Virus record (IMG/VR): IMGVR_UViG_3300037067_005176
Location: 125,081 to 189,080 of that record
Source of the DNA: a virus
Lineage: Duplodnaviria; Heunggongvirae; Uroviricota; Caudoviricetes
Strand: one strand, 5' to 3'
Length of the DNA: 64,000 nt
Positions 1 through 9,607 of this stretch are shown in pieces (position 1 is the stretch's first letter; each line of letters starts with the position of its first letter). The notes under the pieces were generated by a model. It saw only the letters and a list, made by a program, of their open reading frames with translations. It searched no databases and was not told the DNA's origin. The translations under genes and the position numbers were made by a program.

Positions 1-1
1 T

Positions 2-208
2 TTATATTATTCTCAAGAACATGTTTATCATCAACCACATGGTGATGACTTAAGAGTAAAATATACAAAAGAAAAAAATAAGTGGGTTTCGAATGCTAAG
101 AACTTGAGTGCTTCAAGATTGCGTTTTAAAGACGTTTTAATTGAAGAGTATAAAAACCCATATAAAATTTACTATCATGATGGAACTGTGAGGTCTTATA
201 ATGAATGA
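2..208 (+). CDS. 3' end of an upstream gene (partial, hypothetical; ...KNPYKIYYHDGTVRSYNE*)
   Basis: Open frame from window start to TGA at 206-208, overlapping the next start (ATGA). Confidence 0.4.
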   Translation, partial: LYYSQEHVYHQPHGDDLRVKYTKEKNKWVSNAKNLSASRLRFKDVLIEEYKNPYKIYYHDGTVRSYNE

Positions 209-935
209 AGAGATGCGTTATGTTGAGTTAAGTTTAAAAGTTGGTTGTAAAAACGCATGTAAGTATTGTCCTCAAGATGTTTATTTAAAAGCATATAAAG
301 GTGATACTAAGGAAATGTCTTTAGATGATTTTAAAAGAATGCTAAAAAACATTCCAAACAAATATGCATTGCAAATTGCAGGAAAGGCTGAACCATTTTT
401 GAATAAAGATTTTCCTGATATGTTAATTTATGCAAGTGAACAAGGATATAAAATAAACTTGTTCACAACGCTTGTTGGATTCAATGAAGAGATTGCGAAA
501 AAGTTAAACGCAGCAAAAGTAAAAATCGATCATACGATATTACATATCTTCAATAGCCCGTCTTTTAAACCAATTGAATTCGCAAAGAATAAATCACTGT
601 TTTTGAGAAATGTATGTTCAGTTTTCACAAACACAACAGTAGTGTCAAATCCTGTTAGTATTGCTGGGAACTTGTTTAAGATTGAACCACAAACAGGTAC
701 AATGAAAAGCATATGTTCAAGAGCTTATAACAATAGCATCGATGTTGATGGAAGTATATACTTCTGTTGTATGGACTGGGCTTTAAAATATAAGCTTGGA
801 AATATATATGAGCACGCAATTGATTCTGAAGAAATAAATTTCAAGAGAATGGAGTTTATTGAAAAGATGAAATCTGATGATATGAATTTTATTTGTAGAC
901 ATTGTGAATGGTTTGATGAAAGCAAACGTCCATAA
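201..935 (+). CDS. Radical SAM domain protein (CX3CX2C: CKNACKYC near N-terminus; Cys-rich C-terminus CRHCEW)
   Basis: Canonical CX3CX2C motif at aa 16-23 and GxxEP-like segment QIAGKAEP. Start preceded by gtgagg. Confidence 0.55.
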   Translation: MNEEMRYVELSLKVGCKNACKYCPQDVYLKAYKGDTKEMSLDDFKRMLKNIPNKYALQIAGKAEPFLNKDFPDMLIYASEQGYKINLFTTLVGFNEEIAKKLNAAKVKIDHTILHIFNSPSFKPIEFAKNKSLFLRNVCSVFTNTTVVSNPVSIAGNLFKIEPQTGTMKSICSRAYNNSIDVDGSIYFCCMDWALKYKLGNIYEHAIDSEEINFKRMEFIEKMKSDDMNFICRHCEWFDESKRP

Positions 936-958
936 AGACTGATAACCTCAGTCTTTTT
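936..958 (+). terminator. Rho-independent terminator (agactgaTAACCtcagtct + TTTTT)
   Basis: Perfect 7-bp stem followed by T-run directly after the stop of 201..935. Confidence 0.6.
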
Positions 959-1082
959 CAGTATGATTTTTATAGAACTTTAGTTGACAGACTTTCATAG
1001 AAGAATTATATTTAAATACATAGAAATTTAGAAACGAAATAATTAACTTCTTCCGTTAGGAAGAAAACGATGGAGAATATAA

Positions 1083-1931
1083 ATGGCATATTTAGTTGCA
1101 ACAGCATGGATTAAAGATGAAGCACCATATTTAGCACAATGGATCGAATTTCATTTGCTTCAAGGGTTTGAGAAGTTTTACTTTTTCGATAATGGGTCCA
1201 CTGATGGAACTGCTGAAGTATTAGCTCCATACATAAAAGAAGGAATTGTTGAGTTCAATACATATCCTGCTGAAGTAACTCAACGCAAAAACTTTTGGGT
1301 TATTCGTCATTCATTAGACTCATTTAAGAATGTTCATAAATGGTTATTTCATCATTCAATTGATGAATATATGTTTTGTCCAAATGGCGAGAAAGTTTCA
1401 AACTTCTTGAAGCGATTTGAAAATAATGCAGGCGTATGTATCCCTTGGATGAATTTTAATTCTTCGGGAAAAGACATGATGGAAGATGGATTAGTGATTG
1501 AGAGATTTGATACTTGGGTTGATGATCCTAATAGACATATCAAGACTGTAGTTCAACCAGATAAAACATATGATTCGGTTGGAAACCCTCACTGTTTTAT
1601 TTATCTTAAGGATTATGCTGTATATGCAAATGGACAACAGCACAATGTAATGAAAATTCATGGTGGAGCAATGCATAACGATCCATATCTTTTAAATGAT
1701 ATTCGCATTCACCATTATTGCACAATGAGTCGTGAAGAATATGATACGAAAATGAATAAAGGTTTATTGGATATTTCTCAAGAGAAACAACGCAGAGCCG
1801 ATGCAGAAAATTTTTGGACTGCAATGCATCCAAATCAATCGCTTCAAAATAAAGATACATCACTATTTAAATATATCGAAATAGTCAAGGAAAATATGAG
1901 GAAACGATATGAGCAAGCTGGTGATATTTGA
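1083..1931 (+). CDS. Glycosyltransferase (GT-A fold, FDNGSTDGT motif)
   Basis: DNGSTDGT signature typical of family-2-like glycosyltransferases. Confidence 0.5.
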   Translation: MAYLVATAWIKDEAPYLAQWIEFHLLQGFEKFYFFDNGSTDGTAEVLAPYIKEGIVEFNTYPAEVTQRKNFWVIRHSLDSFKNVHKWLFHHSIDEYMFCPNGEKVSNFLKRFENNAGVCIPWMNFNSSGKDMMEDGLVIERFDTWVDDPNRHIKTVVQPDKTYDSVGNPHCFIYLKDYAVYANGQQHNVMKIHGGAMHNDPYLLNDIRIHHYCTMSREEYDTKMNKGLLDISQEKQRRADAENFWTAMHPNQSLQNKDTSLFKYIEIVKENMRKRYEQAGDI

Positions 1932-3291
1932 TTTGGATGGAGTTTTGATTGATTCAAGAGATTTACATTTTGAATGTTTGAATAAGGCCTTGGGTGAAAT
2001 ATCTCAAGACTTTGTTATTTCTATGAAAGAACACTTAACAAAGTATGATGGTTTATCAACTAATCAAAAGTTAAAAAAACTTAACACAAATAAAGGATTA
2101 TCTGAAAAGTATTTTGAACAAGTTTGGAAAAACAAACAGGAATATACATTTAAAATGCTACATAAAACAATGGATCATGATATTAAATTGGTTGAAATGT
2201 TTTCTTATATCAAGTCTAAAGGTTATAAAATTTGTGTTGCATCAAATTCTATTCGTAAGACTATTGATATTGTTTTAAAAAGAAAGGACATTGATAGATT
2301 TGTCGATTTGATTGTATCGAATGAAGATGTCGAATTTCCAAAACCAAATCCTCAGATTTATTTAACTTGTATGAGGCAATTCGGTATTGGACCAAAAAAC
2401 ACATACATTTTTGAAGATAGTCATATTGGAAGGTTATCAGCGTTTGCTTCTGGAGCAAACGTTTGTACTGTAAATAATTCAAAAGATTTAACATGGGCTT
2501 ATGTGACGGAATCAATTAATAAAAAGGATAATATGAATATGAAATGGGTTAATAAAAAAATGAATGTTTTGATTCCTATGGCAGGAGAAGGCTCACGATT
2601 TGCAAAGGCTGGGTTTACGTTTCCAAAGCCTTTAATTGAAGTTAATGGAAAACCAATGATTCAAGTGGTTATTGAAAATTTGAATATTGATGCAAACTTT
2701 ATTTTCCTTGTAAGAAAGGAACATGATGATAAGTTTAATATTGCATCAATGCTTAAAGCTATAATTCCTGATTGTAAAGTAGTTTTAGTTGACAAGTTGA
2801 CGGAAGGGGCTGCTTGTACAACATTGCTTGCTAAAGATTTCATTGATGATGATAATTCGTTGCTTATTGCAAACTCTGACCAATTTCTTGAATGGGAATC
2901 ATGTGAATTTTATCATTCAGTAAATACATCTGTAGATGGTAGCATTCTTACTTTTGAGAATTATCATCCTAAATGGTCCTATGTAAAACTTGACGAAGAT
3001 GGCAATGTGTTACATGTTGCTGAAAAGGAAGTTATTTCAAATAAAGCAACAGTCGGAATTTATTACTTTGCGAAAGGCTCGGATTATGTTAAATATGCAG
3101 AACAAATGATAGAAAAAGATATTCGATACGGTCAATCATTCAATGGAACTGGTGAATTTTATGTTGCTCCTGTTTATAACGAGGCTATTGCTGATGGAAA
3201 GATTATTAAGACCTTTGATATTAAGAAGATGCATGGACTAGGTACACCTGAAGATCTTCAAACATTTAAGGATAACAATTATGGAAATTAA
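1909..3291 (+). CDS. Bifunctional HAD-superfamily phosphatase (IFDLDGVLIDS) plus sugar-phosphate nucleotidyltransferase (IPMAGEGSRF); possibly two genes with an internal start near 2533
   Basis: HAD motif I DxDGV at N-terminus. NTP-transferase G-rich loop LIPMAGEGSRF mid-protein. The ORF overlaps the upstream gene by 23 nt. Confidence 0.55.
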   Translation: MSKLVIFDLDGVLIDSRDLHFECLNKALGEISQDFVISMKEHLTKYDGLSTNQKLKKLNTNKGLSEKYFEQVWKNKQEYTFKMLHKTMDHDIKLVEMFSYIKSKGYKICVASNSIRKTIDIVLKRKDIDRFVDLIVSNEDVEFPKPNPQIYLTCMRQFGIGPKNTYIFEDSHIGRLSAFASGANVCTVNNSKDLTWAYVTESINKKDNMNMKWVNKKMNVLIPMAGEGSRFAKAGFTFPKPLIEVNGKPMIQVVIENLNIDANFIFLVRKEHDDKFNIASMLKAIIPDCKVVLVDKLTEGAACTTLLAKDFIDDDNSLLIANSDQFLEWESCEFYHSVNTSVDGSILTFENYHPKWSYVKLDEDGNVLHVAEKEVISNKATVGIYYFAKGSDYVKYAEQMIEKDIRYGQSFNGTGEFYVAPVYNEAIADGKIIKTFDIKKMHGLGTPEDLQTFKDNNYGN

Positions 3292-3357
3292 CACTTATAC
3301 AAAGATGCAAGAAAAACAATATGAGAATTGGATATTCTTTAGCGCGGAGAAATAAAA

Positions 3358-3669
3358 ATGAATGTTGATAATTTTGTGAAAGGCTGGCTTGTAGGTGACT
3401 TTGACCCAGTATTGATTAAGTCGAAAGATATTGAAGTTGGTCTTAAATATTACAATGCTGGTGCAACAGAATGTCGTCATGTTCATAACATTGTTAAGGA
3501 ATACACCATAGTCGTTTCTGGTCTCATTTCGATGAATAACCAGACTTATGGACCTGGACGTATTGTGGAAATATTGCCTGGAGTTTCTACCGACTTTAAA
3601 GCCCTGGAAATGACGACAACGCTAGTAATAAAAACACCAAGCATTCCAAGCGATAAGGAGTTTGTATGA
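3358..3669 (+). CDS. Small cupin-fold protein
   Basis: 103-aa beta-rich protein with cupin-like G(x)5HxH-type segments. Start overlaps the context of the next gene. Confidence 0.3.
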   Translation: MNVDNFVKGWLVGDFDPVLIKSKDIEVGLKYYNAGATECRHVHNIVKEYTIVVSGLISMNNQTYGPGRIVEILPGVSTDFKALEMTTTLVIKTPSIPSDKEFV

Positions 3670-4100
3670 TATTGATTTCCCATCGCGGTAATTTGAAAGG
3701 AAGCAATAAAGAACGAGAAAATACGCCTGATTATATCGATGAGGCTATTAACGGTTTGAACTTTGTTGAAGTTGACATACGAATGATAAAAGGAGATTTT
3801 TATTTAGGGCATGACGAACCTAAATATAAAGTATCCCGTTCATGGTTGAATACAAGAAATCACTTCTTAATTCTTCATTGCAAAAATGTTGAAGCGTTAA
3901 AAGAACTAAAGGCTGATTTTAAATGTTTCTCGCATGATAAAGACGATTGTGTTTTGATGTCAAATTGTTTTTGGATTTGGACATATCCGGGTTCTGAACT
4001 TACTGAAGATTCGATTGCTGTAATGCCAGAAGATGCCTTCGGTTGGAATATAAGCAAATGTTACGGAATTTGTTCTGATTTTATTGAAAACTATAAGTGA
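3666..4100 (+). CDS. Glycerophosphodiester phosphodiesterase (GDPD)-like protein
   Basis: N-terminal ISHRG...ENTP...EVDIRM...HDEP matches the GDPD HRG/ENT/E-D/HD motif order. Confidence 0.45.
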   Translation: MILISHRGNLKGSNKERENTPDYIDEAINGLNFVEVDIRMIKGDFYLGHDEPKYKVSRSWLNTRNHFLILHCKNVEALKELKADFKCFSHDKDDCVLMSNCFWIWTYPGSELTEDSIAVMPEDAFGWNISKCYGICSDFIENYK

Positions 4101-4106
4101 GGGTTT

Positions 4107-4850
4107 ATGAAAGATTTGAGTTTAATCACATGTTCGTTTGAAACACCTTTAATTACTGAAACAATGTTAAAGTCGTTTAAATCTATACACAACGAATTTG
4201 ATTCAATGAATATAGTTATTATGGAGAATTCAAGAGACGAAGAAACTCGTAATATGCTTGATTCTTACGGAATTCCATATGTAAAGAATTCAGGAGGAAC
4301 TCATTCTAAGTCAATGGATATTGCGTTTGAAAAGTGCAAGACTAAATACGCTTTAGTTGTTGACACTGATATCATTTTCAAGAAGAATATCGTTCCTGTT
4401 TTTGGGATGATTCAAAATAATAAAATTGATTTATGCGGTCTTGAATGTGGCGATCGCGGTGGATATAAGTTGATGACTCGCATTCATCCTTGGTTTATGT
4501 TTGTTAATGTTGAAAAGATTAATAAGTTAGGAATAAAGTTTCACGATGAAGACAGAATTAATAAAACACAGTCTCAAGGCTTTTATCAAAATGTGCCAAT
4601 CAATAACATCAAGCTTGATGAACCAATGTATGATGTCGGATCAACTTTTTATGAAGATGTAAAGAATCATGGTTTAAAAATTGCAAACACTCCAGTAATT
4701 CAAAATTGGTTCCAACATTATGAAGGATCGTCTTGGCAAAGAAAGTCTGGCCATGCCGGATTTGAACAACTTGGAAATTATGTTTGGGATTTGTATCAAA
4801 AAGAAATTTCAGCTGTGAAGGATATTGATATAAAAGGATACTACATATAA
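4107..4850 (+). CDS. Hypothetical protein (possible glycosyltransferase; DTD motif)
   Basis: 247-aa ORF with RBS gtgagggtttATG. LVVDTDIIF resembles a GT DxD motif. Confidence 0.3.
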   Translation: MKDLSLITCSFETPLITETMLKSFKSIHNEFDSMNIVIMENSRDEETRNMLDSYGIPYVKNSGGTHSKSMDIAFEKCKTKYALVVDTDIIFKKNIVPVFGMIQNNKIDLCGLECGDRGGYKLMTRIHPWFMFVNVEKINKLGIKFHDEDRINKTQSQGFYQNVPINNIKLDEPMYDVGSTFYEDVKNHGLKIANTPVIQNWFQHYEGSSWQRKSGHAGFEQLGNYVWDLYQKEISAVKDIDIKGYYI

Positions 4851-4858
4851 ATATTCGT

Positions 4859-6013
4859 ATGAAATACATAAAACAAATTATTCTTATATTGTTGCTTTCT
4901 GTTGCAACAATAAATGCGGCGATATATAGTTCAAAATGTCCAGATTGGAGCAGCGCAATACCTTATGCTGTTGGTTCATGCGTATCAGATGAAGGAAATA
5001 ATTACATTGCACATGTACCAATTGGCGCATATCAAAGACCTATTTATGGAAATCAATGGGATGCTTGTTCACCTGGAGAATGTGAAGATCAATTTTTAAC
5101 TTGTGCAGATAATTCTTCTGTAGTTAATGATACTATTCACGTTGTTGAATATGACACTACGAATGTTGCTGTAAGTATATTTGATACTACACATTTCGCT
5201 GTGAACTTGTTTGATACAACACGAACTGCAGTTTCAATTTTTGATACGACACGATTTGCTGTAAGTTTATATGACACTACAAGATTTGCTGTTAGCATAT
5301 ATGATACGACTAAGTTCGTTATTAATAAATATGACACTGTAAATAATATCATTAATGTATATGATACTACAAGATTTGCTGTAAGTATTTTTGACACAAC
5401 TAGGTTTGCTGTTAATATGTACGATACAACAAACATATACGATACAAATTATGTAAGTATCACAGACACCGTTCGCGATACAACAAACATATACGATACA
5501 ACGCATCAGCAAGTTGTTATTTATGATATTACATATGAAGATGTTTATTCATATGATACTATCACATTAACTGATACATTGTTTTATTTAGATACTAATA
5601 AGTTCAGTATATTGGATAGTGTTTATATAAACAATAAAATGTTTACCGTTTCAACTATCGTTAAAGACGACTTAGAATCAGCTCCTATATTGGTCACATT
5701 AATTGACACCAACATATTTAATGTTGGTGTCGGAGATACTGTTACTTTTCATTTCGATCTTAATGTATATGATAATGCAGGACAATTTGTTAATAGAATT
5801 AAAGGTGTTGAAATATTATTTGATGGTTATGAGTTTCACGTTAGTAAAATACAGCTTATAAGTATTGATAGCGATGGGTATTTAATATCAAAAGCTGGAA
5901 AAAAACTTGGAAATGGCGTTTATATTTTAAAAGGTATTGGTTTAATAAAAGTAAATGGTAATAACCAAAAAACATACTTTTATAATAGTACTGAAGGATA
6001 TAGGAGAAAATAA
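4859..6013 (+). CDS. Secreted protein with N-terminal signal peptide and about 8 tandem 13-aa repeats (FDTTRFAVSIYDTT)
   Basis: Signal-peptide-like MKYIKQIILILLLSVATINAA. Tandem 39-bp coding repeats at about 5141-5445. Confidence 0.6.
   Translation: MKYIKQIILILLLSVATINAAIYSSKCPDWSSAIPYAVGSCVSDEGNNYIAHVPIGAYQRPIYGNQWDACSPGECEDQFLTCADNSSVVNDTIHVVEYDTTNVAVSIFDTTHFAVNLFDTTRTAVSIFDTTRFAVSLYDTTRFAVSIYDTTKFVINKYDTVNNIINVYDTTRFAVSIFDTTRFAVNMYDTTNIYDTNYVSITDTVRDTTNIYDTTHQQVVIYDITYEDVYSYDTITLTDTLFYLDTNKFSILDSVYINNKMFTVSTIVKDDLESAPILVTLIDTNIFNVGVGDTVTFHFDLNVYDNAGQFVNRIKGVEILFDGYEFHVSKIQLISIDSDGYLISKAGKKLGNGVYILKGIGLIKVNGNNQKTYFYNSTEGYRRK
5141..5445 (+). repeat. 39-bp tandem coding repeats (about 8 units) inside 4859..6013
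   Basis: Repeated tttgatacNacacgatttgctgtaagtata-type units giving the peptide repeats. Confidence 0.6.
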
Positions 6014-6540
6014 TGGGTATTCCTAATACATTTCAAAACGATTCGTGGTCGTTAATATTTTCTAATATTCCAAATGCTGATCCTAGTGAAGCGATTGATA
6101 ATAAATTATTTGACTTATATGTAAAAAGCTTTGCTTTACCAGATTTACAACTTGATACCGCAAACACGGATTTTAAAGAAGGATCAATTAGACAAGTAAT
6201 GTCAAGAGCAAATGATAATCTTCAACAATTATCTATTGAGTTTAAAGTTTCTGAAGATATGAGAAACTATTTTATCCTATATCAATACTTAATGGCAACA
6301 CGATATGGTAAGATTTTAGATAAACAACAATGGCTTAGAAACAATGTTATAAAAAACATTAAGCTTGTTTGTTTAGATAATCAAAGACGCGAAATTGGCG
6401 GCATGATTTTTACAAATGCGATTATAACAAGCGTTGGCTCTTTGAGTTTACAAATGGGTGTTGCGGACCAGGTAACATTTTCCGTCACATTCTTTTACGA
6501 AGAATCTAAACTTTACACTAAGGAAATATTTGGAACGTAA
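6013..6540 (+). CDS. Hypothetical protein
   Basis: 175-aa ORF, start overlaps previous stop (TAATG). RBS taggag. Confidence 0.5.
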   Translation: MGIPNTFQNDSWSLIFSNIPNADPSEAIDNKLFDLYVKSFALPDLQLDTANTDFKEGSIRQVMSRANDNLQQLSIEFKVSEDMRNYFILYQYLMATRYGKILDKQQWLRNNVIKNIKLVCLDNQRREIGGMIFTNAIITSVGSLSLQMGVADQVTFSVTFFYEESKLYTKEIFGT

Positions 6541-7358
6541 TGTATCAATATCACTACTTGTATAAAATAACCAATCTTATTAACAATAAGATTTATATAG
6601 GAGTACATTCCACTGATAAATTGGATGACGGTTATTTTGGTTCTGGTAGTGCAATAATTTATTCTTTAAAGAAGCACGGTAAAGAAAACTTCAAGAAAGA
6701 AATCCTCGAATGGTTTGATTGGCGTTGTGAAGCTTTAAATCGTGAAGCTGAAATTGTTAATTTTGAATTTGTTAAACAAAGAGATACATATAATCTTCAA
6801 ACCGGTGGATTCAATCCTATTTTGGTATCCAATGAAAGTAAATTAAAAATGCGAAATGCAAAACTTGGAACGCATTCATGGTTGTATGGAAAAAAAGGGA
6901 TGGGATTTGTAAAATCTTGGAACAAAGGTTTAAAATTGAAGCCACTTTCCGTTGAACATAAACAAAAGATTTCAATTAAAGGGCTCGGAATTAAGCGAAG
7001 CGAAACATTTAAACAAAAGTTAAAGGCTGCAGACAAATCTCATCTTTTTGTCGGATGCGAAATTGATAATATAAAATTTCAGTCTATAAAAGAAGCAAAC
7101 GTATATGCTAAGTTTAAATATAATATGGATCCTCATCATGTTATTATTGCTATGAATGATGAAAGTAATAATAAATTTAAGAGATTAAGAAATTTTAAAT
7201 CTTCACAATGCGTAAAGGTTTCAATTGATGGTATAATTTTTGATTCAAAACGATTAGCTGAAGTATATGTTAAAGGAAAATATGGTATAGGACGTTTACA
7301 AATGGAAAACCGATTGACGTCTAACAAGTTTGAAAATTGGGTTACTATAGGAGAATAA
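6540..7358 (+). CDS. GIY-YIG homing endonuclease (Seg-like) with NUMOD3-type repeats
   Basis: YLYKITN...IYIGVHS (GIY-YIG) and repeated G..H..E.K.KIS motifs. Confidence 0.75.
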   Translation: MYQYHYLYKITNLINNKIYIGVHSTDKLDDGYFGSGSAIIYSLKKHGKENFKKEILEWFDWRCEALNREAEIVNFEFVKQRDTYNLQTGGFNPILVSNESKLKMRNAKLGTHSWLYGKKGMGFVKSWNKGLKLKPLSVEHKQKISIKGLGIKRSETFKQKLKAADKSHLFVGCEIDNIKFQSIKEANVYAKFKYNMDPHHVIIAMNDESNNKFKRLRNFKSSQCVKVSIDGIIFDSKRLAEVYVKGKYGIGRLQMENRLTSNKFENWVTIGE

Positions 7359-7505
7359 ATGACAAAGAAAGAAATACTTGAAAGAGATTTGAATCGTTAT
7401 TATAGTGAATACGAAGTTGCTGTTTTGTTAGATAGCGATCGTTTAAAGAAATCTACGTTAGATAAGATTGAGTTTGTCGAGAGAGAACTCAAGTCAATAG
7501 TTTAA
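7359..7505 (+). CDS. Small hypothetical protein (48 aa)
   Basis: ORF starting at TAAATG overlap with the 6540..7358 stop. Below the 60-aa ORF-track cutoff. Confidence 0.3.
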   Translation: MTKKEILERDLNRYYSEYEVAVLLDSDRLKKSTLDKIEFVERELKSIV

Positions 7506-7553
7506 CATAGCGAAGTGCTTATAATAAATAATAAAAAGTAAATGAGGTTTATT

Positions 7554-7946
7554 ATGAGTACATTCGATAAATTGATTGAAATAAAGCCAATGGTTGACAT
7601 TGCGGTGATAAATGAAACATTATCGCGATGCGGAATTGCAAATAAAAAGAAAAAAATCCTTTATCCTTCATGCTATTTGTATGAAGCTTTTGGTGTTTAT
7701 TATATTGCTCATTTTAAGCAATTATTTCTTTTGACGCGCCAAGACGGATATGGAAATTTATCTGACGATGATATAAAGAGAAGAAATGCAATAATATTTT
7801 GTCTTAAAAATTGGGGATTGATAAATGTGAATGATGATGATATAAAAGAACATGATACTTTTATATTTGTATTACCATTTAAAGAAAAAAAATTATGGAC
7901 AATATGCAATAAATTTAATATTAATAATATAGAACGGGCTGAATAA
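7554..7946 (+). CDS. regA: RegA-like translational repressor
   Basis: LSRCGIANKKKKILYPSCYLY..GVYYIAHFK matches T4 RegA (LTRMGIAN..VLYQSCHIL..GLYYIVHFK). RBS tgagg 6 nt upstream of ATG 7554 (the ORF track starts at 7542). Confidence 0.65.
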   Translation: MSTFDKLIEIKPMVDIAVINETLSRCGIANKKKKILYPSCYLYEAFGVYYIAHFKQLFLLTRQDGYGNLSDDDIKRRNAIIFCLKNWGLINVNDDDIKEHDTFIFVLPFKEKKLWTICNKFNINNIERAE

Positions 7947-7994
7947 ATCGTCAAAATAATATGATAAACATGTTATTGATATTTGGGAGAGGCA

Positions 7995-8720
7995 ATGAGA
8001 TTTAAGGAATTATATTTGATGGAAACCCCAATTGCTTATGACGATGAAACATCTGAAAAAGTTGGAACCATTGATTCTATTTCAAAAACTAAATGGGGTA
8101 AGGCTCCATCACCAAAGATTGGGTTATATGATTTGAAATATTGGGTTAATAATGCAATACATGAAAATATATTAACCGATATAACATTAGGAACAGGTGC
8201 AACAAAGATATGTAAGTTTAATGAAGATGAAAAGACTGTTTTTAAATATAATTGGAATCTTTCTTCATACGGAAATCAAATTGCAAAAGAAGTTAAAATT
8301 TATAAAAAGTATTCATCTAAATATGAATCAATTCTTCCTAAATTTTATAAATGGGGCGATCATTGGTTAATCCAAGAATATGTTGAGCCTTTGAAATATA
8401 ATGAATCAGTTTTTAAGAAAGTTACTGGCATTGATTGGAATGAATGGGACTCATATTGTTCAGTGTTTCATTTAGCACAATTATCATGGAATGAATTTCA
8501 TCATCCAAAAGATACAATATTAAGTACAATTAAAAGTCAAATGAAAAACGCCTCAGAATCATTGATTATTAAAATTAATAAAATTTTAAATAATAAAAAT
8601 CTTTATAAAATTATTGAGTTTTGTTTTAAAACTAAAGTAAGTATAAATGATATGCATGAAGGAAATTTAGCATTTACTAAAAATCGTAAAACAATAAAAA
8701 TTATCGACTTTGGTATTTAG
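7995..8720 (+). CDS. Hypothetical protein (starts MRFKELYLME)
   Basis: RBS gggagagg upstream of ATG 7995. The ORF track begins 12 nt earlier. Confidence 0.5.
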   Translation: MRFKELYLMETPIAYDDETSEKVGTIDSISKTKWGKAPSPKIGLYDLKYWVNNAIHENILTDITLGTGATKICKFNEDEKTVFKYNWNLSSYGNQIAKEVKIYKKYSSKYESILPKFYKWGDHWLIQEYVEPLKYNESVFKKVTGIDWNEWDSYCSVFHLAQLSWNEFHHPKDTILSTIKSQMKNASESLIIKINKILNNKNLYKIIEFCFKTKVSINDMHEGNLAFTKNRKTIKIIDFGI

Positions 8721-8732
8721 GAGAATTTATTA

Positions 8733-9200
8733 ATGAGATTTAAGGAATTGTATGAATCAAAAAAATTTGGCAAAGATTTGGCACCTTGTAAAAATCATTC
8801 CTATTTTGATATTAACTGTGATGATTGTGTTGACGTTAATGATATCAACATTGACGATTTTGATGATGATTGGGATGATGATTGGGATGATGAATGGAGC
8901 GCAATATCTGAAAATGACATACTTGATGAAAGCGTCAAAAAGAAATATGTCATTAGAAACAACAAGAAAGTTATTAAATATGTAACTAATAGGCCTCTAA
9001 CTAGAATTGAAATGCAAAATGGACGTCCTAAGGAAATCAAGATGATGCCTCAGGAAATATTAAAACGCAAAAGAGCCCAAAAGCGAGCTCAACTTCGTAG
9101 AAAATCCAAAATGCCAAGAATGCAAATAAAGAGAAAACGATCTATTAAAAAGCGCAAAATGATGGGTTTACCTTCAATGTTTAAAACACAAAGGAAGTAA
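8733..9200 (+). CDS. Bipolar charged protein: acidic DDW repeats (DDDWDDDWDDEW) plus Lys/Arg-rich C-terminal tail
   Basis: Composition read from the translation. Starts MRFKELYE. Confidence 0.5.
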   Translation: MRFKELYESKKFGKDLAPCKNHSYFDINCDDCVDVNDINIDDFDDDWDDDWDDEWSAISENDILDESVKKKYVIRNNKKVIKYVTNRPLTRIEMQNGRPKEIKMMPQEILKRKRAQKRAQLRRKSKMPRMQIKRKRSIKKRKMMGLPSMFKTQRK

Positions 9201-9201
9201 T

Positions 9202-9543
9202 ATGAGATTTAAAATGATATATGAAGGTGGTAGGTCGTATGATGTTATATCAGCTGGGTATAAATCATTTGAAGATTTAGCAAAAGATTTAAAAGACTTC
9301 CAATCAAAAGCTTCGATTTTAATTAATAAAATTTCAACTGACATTGGTAATTTAAAAAATAAATTATTAAATTACAACTATCATTCAAAATGGAGCTCTA
9401 AAAATGATAATATCGCTAAATATAAAATACAAAAACTTGAAGAAAAGAAAAAGAATTGGATTGATAAATTGAATAAGTTAAATGATTCAAGCAATTATTC
9501 AAATTTAAAGAAATGGATTAAGGAAGTTGAAATAGAACTTTAA
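9202..9543 (+). CDS. Hypothetical protein (starts MRFKMIYE)
   Basis: 113-aa ORF adjacent to the previous stop with an RBS. Confidence 0.45.
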   Translation: MRFKMIYEGGRSYDVISAGYKSFEDLAKDLKDFQSKASILINKISTDIGNLKNKLLNYNYHSKWSSKNDNIAKYKIQKLEEKKKNWIDKLNKLNDSSNYSNLKKWIKEVEIEL

Positions 9544-9607
9544 TGACTTATATTTAAAAGAGAGTTCCTTTGGTTTAAAAGAGTATCAAGATGCTATTTG
9601 GGCAATT

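Noticed and set aside
1352-1863. Minus-strand ORFs 1352..1543, 1491..1676, 1606..1863 (and similar antisense ORFs at 530..925, 2261..2843, 4609..4869, 5137..5512, 11005..11367, 18602..18997, 19677..20027, 46075..46854)
   Set aside because: They lie antisense to longer ORFs with recognisable domains and RBSs, and their composition is typical of AT-rich antisense frames.
4914-5099. Internal same-strand ORFs (4914..5099, 8752..8985, 19069..19311, 19706..19930, 28096..28323, 28866..29096, 40678..40914)
   Set aside because: They are embedded in other frames of better-supported genes and have no independent RBS or homology.
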